Part shown: positions 32,173 through 44,100 of the stretch, piece after piece | How positions within the stretch are numbered: the stretch's first letter is position 1 | How the letters are laid out: the number at the start of each line of letters is the position of its first letter | From: Antedon mediterranea | Taxonomy: Eukaryota; Animalia; Echinodermata | Assembly (NCBI RefSeq): GCF_964355755.1 | Contig: NC_092670.1 | Span: 36,382,388 to 36,446,387 of the forward strand | Direction: 5' to 3' | DNA: 64,000 nucleotides | Translations under genes and position numbers: made by a program | Notes under the pieces: model-generated | Databases searched by the model: none | Told to the model about the DNA's origin: nothing | The model's input: the letters and a program-made list of their open reading frames with translations, nothing else

Positions 32173-35100
32173 ATGGGATGTGGAGCATCCAATGCCACAA
32201 CTGGTGGCTACACTATTCTAGTAAGTGACACATGGAATCAAGTGGAGAGAACAATCGAAGTTCGCAAACGACCAAACAACAAACTTGTTGTCAAACGATC
32301 AGGATGGAAGACCGTTCGGATATTCGTATCATCAACCTTCAGAGATTTCCACGCAGAAAGGGAAACACTGATTAAAGAGGTACTGCCTTTTGTCTAAAGG
32401 CTAAATAGTTATTGTATAATTTGTATTGTTAATTGATTCTTTACAAGGAAATGTTTTGATACCTTTTTACTGGAAATATCTTGTCACAGCCCACTTTTGA
32501 TAATTGTAATTAAATTCTTTTTTATTTCCCCAGGTTTTCCCAGACCTACGTCAGTGGTGTGAGAGTAGAAGGCTACATCTTGTTGACTGCGATTTAAGAT
32601 GGGTAAGCTTGCATATAAGAGAAATAAAATACAAAATGAATACATACAACAAAATATTCTAATACAATATACAATTCCATGTCATTTTGCCACTTCTCTC
32701 TTTTTACCATCTAGATCATTCTGCCAACCTGCCTTCTGTCAACCTCCCTTTTGCCATCCTGCTTTCTGCCAACCTGCCTTCTGTCATCCTGCCTTCAGCT
32801 AACCTGCCTTCTGCCATCCTGCCTTCAGCTAACCTGCCTTCTGCCAACCTTCCTTCTGCCATCCTGCCTTTTTCAAACCTGCCTTTTGCCATCCTGCCTT
32901 CTGCCATCCTGCCTTCAGCCAACCTGCCTTCTGTCATCCTGCCTTCTGCCATCCTGCCTTCTGCCAACCTGCCTTCTGCCATCCTGCCTTCTGCCATCCT
33001 GCCTTCAGCCAACCTTCCTTCTGCCATCCTGCCTTTTTCCAACCTGCCTTTTGCCATCCTGCCTTCAGCCAACCTGCCTTCTGTCATCCTGCCTTCTGCC
33101 ATCCTGCCTTCTGCCAACCTGCCTTCTGCCGACCTGCCTTCTGCCATCCTGCCTTCTGCCATCCTGCCTTCAGCCAACCTGCCTTCTGTCATCCTGCCTT
33201 CTGTCATCCTGCCTTCTGCCATCCTGCCTTCTGCCATCCTGCCTTCTGCCATCCTGCCTTCTGCCAACCTGCCTTCTGCTGACCTGCCTTCTGCCATTCT
33301 GCCATCCTGCCTTCTGCCATAATCCTTTTAGCATGAATAATAATTCTGTCATCTAGATTAATCAATTTTTTTTCTTCAAAATTCATTCCTTATTATTTTC
33401 ACTTTTTAAAGGGTGTGCCAGTCGATTCATCAACTGAGGAAACATTAAGGGTCTGTCTTGGTGAAATTGATCGTTGTTACCAAGACAACATCATGCCTTT
33501 TTTTCTGAACCTTACAAGGTAAGAGTGTTATAGTAAACATTTTAAAAATCTTTAATAATTAATTGATCAATATCTTTGTGCTTGTTTTTGCCAAGTTTTG
33601 AAGTTGTCTGTAGATCTATGAGAATACAGTAACGCAGCAAGGGCAATTTACACAGACATGCGGTAACGGTAAGCGGAGAACCAGCCAGTAGTAATAATGT
33701 CCCAAATGTATCTTTTCTATACGCCATCCTTATACAAACAATCAGTCACGACCGTTGTTGTGACTGATTTCTGAATAATAGAAAGTTCTGAAACTAGGCT
33801 AGGCCTAGGCCTACTAAGGCACTTGTATTATAGAGTATCACGGTGTAACGTCACAACGATAGAGGGCACTGCATGGTTGCTAGCCAACCAAAAAATGCGT
33901 TCAACGCTGCTATGTTGATAAACAGTAAAGATTTGTATTTCTATCAAATTATGTATCTTAGCTTGATTTATTTTAACTTAAACTGTAGTTGAAGAATAAA
34001 TGTATTATTAAAAACAAATAGTAGTGATCTTTTGAAATTTTAGTTTGTTTTTATTGAAAATTATTAAGTTTTAAAATGACTACTTCAATAAGCCTATTCC
34101 AAACCATTGGTGACCTTGGAGTCACTCAGGCAGGTTAAAGGCAGCGCCAACTACCGTCGTGACGTCAGCACCGTGATACTCTATTAATAGACATCTTTGA
34201 ATCAAAAAATGCATGCCAACAAATATTTTAATAGATGACGTCATATCAATCATATCGTTGATTGGCCAGAATCCCAAATTACCGTGCAATTCCACTCCGC
34301 GTTCTGTGTTATTGGTCATACTTAGTGTACGAAAGTAAGACATAACGTAGATTCTATATTTTGTTTTCTGCTTATCATTCCGCCTCGTCTTTATGAATTG
34401 TCCTTTTTATTATTACAGACTCTTTGATAGCATACTGCATTCAGTCATGGATAAAATTACACTATATTTTATTTAAACTACTTATAAGTGTTTAAGGGCA
34501 TTTTTACAGATTCATACAATATTTATTACAATTTATTTATTAGTAAAAAGGTTCATCTGGATCACTGTATAGTATTTTAAGTAAATTTTCTTTTGGATGA
34601 TCCAAAGTCGAATAAAATTCGTAAACTTACGTTTTTTACTCTAGCTTTCGCTGGTCAACGACGCAGCTTAATCATGAGTGAGTCTCTGTGACTTGTACAA
34701 CAACTTACTAAAGAGGAGGCCCCGACAATCCCATTTGGGAAAACCTGAACAATCTATAGATGGCGCTATACCATATACGAGATCTAATGGTAACAAGTCC
34801 AAGTCACAGAGACTCACTCATGATTAAGCTGCGTCGTTGACCAGCGAAAGCTAGAGTAAAAAACGTAAGTTTACGAATTTTATTCGACTTTGGATCATCC
34901 AAAAGGAAATTTACTTAAAATTTATTTATTCAATTTAACAAACTATATTTCAGTGTTGCTATGATTCAGAATTTGCTGTCGTAAGTGTAAAACATCAAAC
35001 TTTCTGCTTGTCATCAGGGTGCATGTTTTTAAACATTAACAGACATTTATTTTAAAAATTTTTATTTAAAACAAATTCTTTATAACACCTTCATTACACT

Positions 35101-38100
35101 GTCTTAGTACAACAAGAAGAACCATTGCTAATTGCATTTTCATTGAGCGAGAATACATAATTTTTATGTGAAAACAAGGACCAGTTCATTTATTTGTGTA
35201 TCCAGATTTAAAAGGTCGGTCTTGGAGGAGATTAAACCTCCTACATGTGAAAAAGTTAAACTTTTTAAATGAACATATAATAATATTTGTAATTATATCA
35301 ATTATATTTGAATAATAATCAATATTTTTACAATAACTGGTGATTTTATTTTCATCTTTAAAAGACAATATTAACTTGCATGCTGTATATTATTTTAGTA
35401 CTTTGATAAGCCACTTATATTTTTTATAAATAAATGAAGTAATATTTTTTTCTTCCAAATGACTAATATATAATTGAAAGCACATGCTCTACTTACAATA
35501 TGGCATTATATTATTATTCAGATAATGTTTTTTAATTTTAAAATTAATAATAACTGCATTTTGAATAACATAACATAAACATCCAATAGTTTCATAGCAA
35601 GGAATGTCAAATACATTTTTAATTAAAATAATTCTTATATTGTAGTTTTATTTTAAATATTTTATTTTTGGCCTTTAGTTTTATGGATTCTTGTTGAATT
35701 TTTAGTCAATCTTAATCTATATTATAATTGTACTACTGTACATTATTTTATAACTAACTTATGTTTTTAACATTCACTTCATAATATAAATTACTTTTTT
35801 AAAATTTCTTTGCATGTGATTATATAAACAATAATTATCATTAACAACACGTCAATAAATCTCATAAAGCTGTCTACACTATCAAACTAGTTTTACAAAA
35901 AATGTTTGATGTGCCCAAATATGGTAGTGATGTGCCCAAATATGGTAGTGATATGCCCAAATATGGTAGTGGTATTACATCATCGTGTCCATATATGGGC
36001 ACATCACATTTTTGTTGTCACATAAAGTTTGATAGTGTGGACAGAGCTTTACATCGTTTGTGCCATCTAAAAATAGAAGCAAACCTCAGTGTCAAAACAC
36101 ATTCGCCATATTTCATTGGGCAAAATAATCTCACATGGTCATGATTGGTTCATCCTTTTTGCTTTTACCAATCACATTACACAGAATGTTTAAGTGTTTG
36201 TTAGATCAACACATACAGTAGACATATTGTTGCTAATATACTGTATTAAATATAAAATCTCAGTTTTAATTTTTGATTAAAATCTCAGTACCCATATTAC
36301 CTTTTTAAGCCTCGCCCAACACAAGATGTTTTTCTTCATCTTTCAGGGCATCTGCCTTCACACTCTGACCTTATATCATTATTGCATTGCATTTTATTAT
36401 CTTTTTACTGTCAGAGTAAATAAATGTTTGAAACTTGAAAACTTGAAACTAGTTTTCTATTAAATATTTATTACAACACAGTATGACCCAGGTATGAAAT
36501 TTAGCAACAATTGCAATAACAATCTACTTTCAAAGTCTTGTTTCCAACTTTAGCTTAGTTTTAGTTTATCCTCATCATATAATCATTATATACGATAAAT
36601 TTTGTTTTAGTGAGAGGTGCGGATGGATACCAAATCCACTAGAAGTACCGGATTCAATTGTTGAGGAGTATCGTTGGGTAATGGGCCTGTCAGTTACGGA
36701 AATGGAAATCATGCATGGAGCATACAGGAAGGATAACTTAAACTGTAAGTTTCGGAATGCGGAACCAGTGGTTGTAATCACTGTTCACACTTAGACTAAA
36801 GCTTTGTCTACACTATCAAACTTTATGTGACAACAAAAATCTGATGTGCCCATATATAGTAGTGATATGCTTAAATATGGTAGGGATCCTTAAATATGGT
36901 AGTGATATGACATAATCATGTCCATTATGGGCACATTACATTTTTTGGTCACATAAAGTTTGATAGTGTAGACCGAGCCTTAAGGGAAACACTTCAGGGC
37001 TTCCTTTATTATAATTGTGGTTCTCCGTTTTCTGTTTATTATTGATCTAGCTTTCCTTTTAGAAAGATATAATGCCAAGATAAAAATATATTTCCCTCGG
37101 AGTATATTAAATTTTATAATACACTTTGAGCAGACATTATCTGATATTCATAGTTCAATTAGATATAATTTTCTTTAATATTAATTTATTATTTTCTTAT
37201 ATTTACTATAGCTTTGTTCATGTTGCGGGACGTTTCATTTCTCAACAACATTCCTGCAAAACTTAAAGATGATCTGGTTGATGTCAATCCTATTGCTCCA
37301 GAGAAACTCAGAGTCTTGAAACAGATGCTGAAAGATAGATTCCATGTAAGTGAATGCGCTCTTATTCTAAATAACTGACAGCTAAAGGTTAAAGGTTATA
37401 GTTGAAACCTTGAGTTAGAGATCTACTGTACCTCTCAACACAGAACCAGGCTCAATGCCCACAGTGTTATATTATTAAGTTCAAAATGTCTCATCTGATT
37501 ATTTGTATTGTATCTCCACATATTTTATTATCATTTCATTAATTTTATTCATCAAAAAAAATAAAAAAATTATAAAACATGTCAAAGATAAAATGCATAA
37601 AAGATGAATAGGATCAACAACAAAAAGCTAAACACTTGTACAGGGTTGAAGACCTAAAATAACTAAACAACTATAAAACAGCTAATACTATAATAGGAAA
37701 TATACAATATATTAAAATATATATATATAAAGTAACATTGACATCTGCAGAAATTAAGATTTGTACTTATTAATTAGATTCAACTTACAGTATACAATTT
37801 TTTAAAAACATTAATGGATTTTGCATTTTTTGCATGAGAACCCGAAACAGCAATACTGTGACTTGTAGAAACTAGTCTTCTAAACTAGTCTTCTAAACTA
37901 GTCTTCTAAACTAGTCTTCTAAACTAGTCTTCTAAACTAGTCTTCTAAACTAGTCTTCTAAACTAGTCTTCTAAACTAGTCTTCTAAACTAGTCTTCTAA
38001 ACTAGTCTTCTAAACTAGTCTTTTAAACTAGTCTTTTAACCTAGTCTTCTAAACTAGTCTTCTAAACTAGTCTTCTAAACTAGTCTTCTAAACTAGTCTA

Positions 38101-41100
38101 CACATTCTAAAATACAGTGTCACATATGTATCACATGTTCTTCCTGTATTATGTTTAAGGGTTAGGTTTATTTTCTATGATATATGCATAATTTGACTGG
38201 ATCAATGATATAGATACAATCAGTACAGAGAATCAACTAAATATCTTCTTTTTTTAAGGAAAATCAGGTAAACTTTTACAAGTGCCAGTACGATGGTGTA
38301 GACAGTGATGGCAAAGTGGAGTTAAAAGGCCTTGATGACTTTTCAAAAACTGTAAGTAACCTGTAGTGTAATAGTCTTTTTAGAAATACAAAGTTCAGGG
38401 GTTCCATTGTATATGTTCAACACCTTTAACATCAACCCTTATTCAGGGGAAATTGTAGAGGCTTTACCGTACGCTGCATCACATCAACATGATGAAATAT
38501 GCTTTTCTCATTCAATAGGTGTTCCAGTTTTTTAAGACTCGTATAGAAGAGCAGTATCCTCTAGAAGAAAAGACGACAGATCCATATCGGCAAATCATGG
38601 AAAGTCATGAGGTATAGATTGTCACACTAAAACTTAGTGCTAGATACACTTTAATACAAATGCCAAAGTTCTCTTATCATATTCACCAATCACTTACATG
38701 AGATATTTCCATTATATGTGAAAAAAATAAATTTTTTCTTTTGTTAGTCGTTCATGCGGAACAGAAGTGCATCAGTACTTGGAAGGAATGATATTTTGGA
38801 GCAGGTAAGCAACACTTATTTTTTTTATATGTTATAACACTTTTATTTAATATTCTACAACAGTTTTTATAATAAAAAAAGTAATATATAATTCTCTGTA
38901 AATTTCCTAAATAATAAGTACCAATGAACTAATTATTGCACTGATAAAGGACTAGTGTTGCCCGAAAGCTCTGCTAATTTTTCTGGCTGTTTTACTTTAT
39001 CGTTTTGATTTAACTTTTTGGTTATTTTATTTTGTATTTCCATTGAGATGCAGCCACTGATACCCACAGCATTGTCATTTTTTCAGTGCTTATTTTATTT
39101 TGTATCTCCATTGAGATCCAGCCACTGATACCCACAGCATTGTCATATTTTCAGTGCTTATTTTATTTTGTATCTCCATTGAGATCCAGCCACTGATACC
39201 CACAGCATTGTTATTTTTCAGTAATTTGCCTTTGAATTTAAATAAAAATAGAAAAATATGAGAATTATATAATGGATATACCTTTATAATTTTAGGTACT
39301 GCATTTTTCATATTTTTCCTATGTTATACTTGCAGATCAAGGAGCATATTGTTAGTGTTGGTGTTGATAAGGCATTGTTGTTACTTGGAGGACCAGGTAC
39401 AGGAAAGTCATCCATTATGGCAAGAGTAGCTGACGTCTCCGTGGAAAAGGCAATATCAAGAGATATTCCAGGGTAATTATTTAAACTCCCATAAAGTAGA
39501 GAGATATGTTAGGGTTGTTCTATGTATGCATCATGACATCTAATAAAAGTTCTGGTAACACCTAGGTAGAGCGAAATGTTTAATATATAAGGTTGCTCTA
39601 TGGTGTAATACATCATACTAACCTCTATTAAGGGTACATCGTAACCCCTATTGTTTGGTCATCTCGAAACTCCAAGAAGTAGAGAGGGTATAGGGTTGCT
39701 CTATCGTGTACTACATCATAATCTCTAGAAGGGGTTCTAGAGTAAAGCAATATTAGATATAAACAAAGGATTTCAGCCTAGTTCTACAGAAACTTGCATT
39801 GAATAGTGTTTTTCTTACAGAGTAATAGTTGACTTTCTTTTCAAAACTTAATATTTACAGATCACCTGATCAAGGCTGGCATGTCTTCTACCATTTTGTT
39901 GGCGCCATTCCAGGATCACCTGATTTGGAAGCTTGCCTGAAACGACTTCTCAAAGAATTGAACATCATCAATGTAAAGACTTTTATTTATTATTTTATAA
40001 TTTATTACAAAGATAACTGAATTTTTAGTGATATGCCCAAACATGGTAGTGATATGACCTCATGTCCTAAAGGGCACATCATATCAGTCGCATAAAGTTT
40101 GATAGTGTAGACAGAACTTAATGCTTTTAATTTCAAACAGGAGAGCAAGATGCCGAAAGATTTGGAGACAACATGCCAAGTTGCTTGCAGTGCTTTGTCA
40201 AATCCAAACACAAAACCGGTGATCATTATTATTGACGCCCTAAACCAGGTAAAAATGAATGATTAATTCCTCACATTTACAAAATATTTTTCCAATGTAT
40301 TTCAGAGAAAGTACAAACTTTTGGTTATAAAAAAATTTTGTTAGGACAGAGATTCTATTGTAACAAAAAGTAGTGGAGATGTAGCTTGGTGGTTAACGTG
40401 CTTGCCTTCCAATCGAAAGGTCTTAGGGTTCAATCCTGACCTGTGCCAGGGTTGTAACTCACAACTCTTACAACTCCACTGCCTAAACCTCAAATGAGAC
40501 TTAGTTTATGAGCACAATAAATTATAAAATAGATTATTCATCCTGTAATTGGTGAGTTACTCGCTGTTGGATGAGTATGGAAAAAAAATTAATAATAATA
40601 ATAATAATAAAAGAGCTAAAGGATAAAATCATTTTCCTTAGTTTGATGAGTCAAAGGAGTCAACCGTTTTGAATTGGTTACCAGTCAAGTTAGCGCCGCA
40701 AGTTCGCTGTGTTTTCTCGATGATCGATGATACTCCGCAACACAAAACGCTCAAAAGTCGTTCTAGTAAACCAGTTGAGCTGTTTGTAACACCACTCGAT
40801 ATGGAATCAAGAAAGGTATGAGTTTATTTACAATATAATAATTATTAATAATAATATATAATAAGTAATCTAATATAGGCTACAGTAAAACCCCTATTAA
40901 GGGGACACCATTGGGATTAAAGAGGGATGTTCCTTGAATTGAGGTTGGCTGTCAAAACATACATTGCAATTTGTTCATTTCTTGTCATCCCCTTAATAGA
41001 GGTGTCCTAAAGGAAAGGCGTCCCTTAATAGAGGCTCTACTATTTTATAAAATAGTATGAATAATATTAGCGAGTGAGTGGCCGAGCGGTTAAGACAATT

Positions 41101-44100
41101 GAACCGTACTGACTTAGCCATTACATCGGTAAGGGTTCAAGGCTCACTCGTTTCATGGTTCTGGTGGAAGAACAAGTCTTCTCAGATAAGGACGATAAAC
41201 TGTAGGTCCAGTGTACACATCTAGCTCATGTGTACTTTAAAGAACCTAGTACTTCTTTTGAGATGAGTAAGGGGTTACCCCGGTGTACTAGTACACCGGG
41301 GTTACCCCGGTGTACTAGTACATCACAGCCACTGATCATAAATGGGCCCTCTGTGGGAGACCAGTCTTTGACTGAAGAGGTTACCCAGTATAAATAAATA
41401 AGAAATTCAATTATGAATCCGTTACTGCTCCTGGAAAGTACACAATTCTGTATTCTCATCCAGTATAAAGCAATTATTATATTAGTAGATGTATTTTACA
41501 TTATCACATTGTTCTTTTAGGCTATTGTTGTTGAGAGTCTTGGAAAATACAACAAGAAACTTGACGAAGAACAGATGACGAGTCTCTTGAGCAAAGAGTC
41601 ATCCCAGAATCCTTTGTGGTTGTCAATTGCTTGCGAGGAGCTTCGTGTGTATGGACTCTTTGAGAAACTCACTAAAAAAATAAAGAGTTTTCCTGATGGG
41701 TTGCTAAGGTATTTAAAATACCTCCAAATATTATTTATCTCATCATATCAATCAATTAACCAAACTCAATTTATTCCATAAAACTAAGGATATGTACAAA
41801 AATGTGTACATATTTTACGTAATTAACAGGTAAATTAGTTTGGTTACATTTCGTCTGGAAAATCAAACCACGGGTATACATTATGCATGATGCTAATTAG
41901 GGTTGTACTTCTGATTTTGGCTTAAATTTTCTGTAATGTTGTTTTAATCAATATCATTATTATGAGGTTTTTTTTCATTTTGATGTTGTAGTCTGCTTGA
42001 GAGTGTACTTAGTAGATTTGAAGATGAAAGCGGCGGGCAGCTTGTGGTTGCCACACTCTGTCTTCTGGAATGTTCCAAGACTGGTCTTCTAGAGAGGGAG
42101 CTGTTGATGATCCTAGGAAACCCAAAGAACATAACTCCTTCTAAAGATGTTAAAAAAATTAAAAGTGGTAAGTTTTTTTGTGGTTATTGCTAATACAGTA
42201 TTTACCTTGAATTAACCTTGAATCTTCAAGACTTAGAGAACTATGCTCATTTGTCCCTCAAACATTACAGCATCCTCTTCCGACTTATACAGGCAGAACT
42301 TTAAATGTATTACTAGCCTCTATGTTTCTATGCTGTTCTTATACATTCACATTTACATGTATTGAACTGTAAAGTCTACTCACTATCAAACTTTATGTGA
42401 CAACAAATGTGATGTGCCCATATATGGACATGATGATGTCATATCACTACCATATTTAAGCATATCACTACCATATTTGGGCACATCATACTTTTTTGCC
42501 AAACTAGTTTGATAGTGTGGACAGAGCTTAAATAATTAAACTGCTTTTATTTGTTTAAAGATCAGACAATCAAGAATCCACTAGCTGCGTCCAATTGGGC
42601 GAGAGTTTACCGTGTTCTCAAACCTTTCTTACGTCCATTTGGTGACAGTGGAGAAGGACGACTAGATTTTTATCATCGATCTCTAAGTAAAGCTGTTCGT
42701 GCAAAGTAAGTCTTTCATTTATGAGATCTTCCATATTTTAATTCCTTTTTTTATGCGTGATGGATGATTTTAGATATGTTATAGATAGTGATAGCCTATA
42801 ATATAACTCATCAAAATAAGGGTAAATAAAAACATAAAAAAAAATGATTAGGTTACATTGTTGTCTGTAACTAACTGATGATAATCCAGCACTGCAGTTT
42901 TCCTAGTGAAAATTGACTTGCAGACTAGTTTGATAGTGTAGAAAGAGCAATTGTATAATGCATTTTTTTTAAACAGATATTTCAAACAAGATTCATGGAA
43001 AAACATATGGTGGCACACGGTGTTGGCAAAGTACTTTGAGACTATTGAGAACATGGACAGACAGAGTGAGGAGTATCCCTACCATCTCACCAAATGTGAC
43101 GATAAAGAAAAGCTAAGAGAGTACCTGAAACAATGGAGAGTATTCCATCACTTTTACCATCCAGAGTTCAGTGGAGAGCTACTGGCCTTCTGGAGGACTG
43201 TAAGTATACACATGTGCAATCTAATGTGAAATCATTTCCACTGGTACTCCACTGGGGTTGGAATAGTTCCGCTTTTACGACAAACTGTTTGTGTCTAACT
43301 CCACCCATATGGACATTATGATGTCATATCACTACCATATTTGTGTACATCACACTTTAGTCACATAAAGATAGTGTAGACAGAGCTTTAGTTTATTGGA
43401 ATCACTTTTCTTGTTAGGTTGGTGATAAGAGCGAATTGTTTGATTGCTATACAGAGAGTTTGGAGAACATGAATAACAACCCAAATGTTGACAAGGAAGA
43501 GATTTCCTTACACTATGAAAAGGTTGCCAGAGTTGTGTAAGTATACAAAACTGTACTGTAGGGATTTCCTTACACTATGAAAAGGTTGCCAGACTCGTGT
43601 ATGTATACAAAACTGTACTGTAGGGATTTCCTTACACTATGAAAAGGTTGCCAGAGTTGTGTAAGTATACAAAACTGTACTGTAGGGATTTCCTTACACT
43701 ATGAAAAGGTTGCCAGAGTTGTGTATGTATACAAAACTGTACTGTAGGGATTTCCTTACACTATGAATAGGTTGCCAGACTCGTATGTATACAAAACTGT
43801 ACTGTAGGGATTTCCTTACACTATGAAAAGGTTGCCAGACTCGTATGTATACAAAACTGTACTGTAGGGATTTCCTTACACTATGAAAAGGTTGCCAGAC
43901 TCGTATGTATACAAAACTGTACTGTAGGGATTTCCTTACACTATGAAAAGGTTGCCAGACTCGTATGTATACAAAACTGTACTGTAGGGATTTCCTTACA
44001 CTATGAAAAGGTTGCCAGACTCGTATGTATACAAAACTGTACTGTAGGGATTTCCTTACACTATGAAAAGGTTGCCAGAGTTGTGTAAGTATACAAAACT

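Noticed and set aside
32687-33356. ORFs resembling a pentapeptide-repeat protein ([10 protein letters not shown]) or MAEGR repeats
   Set aside because: They are translations of an intronic 15-bp tandem repeat that is open in several frames on both strands; the flanking exons splice in frame without it.
40374-41150. Possible tRNA genes (also 21171, 49070-49139, 56730-56780, 59948, 63110-63170)
   Set aside because: A and B boxes are present but there is no intact cloverleaf, and they continue into shared SINE bodies and tails.
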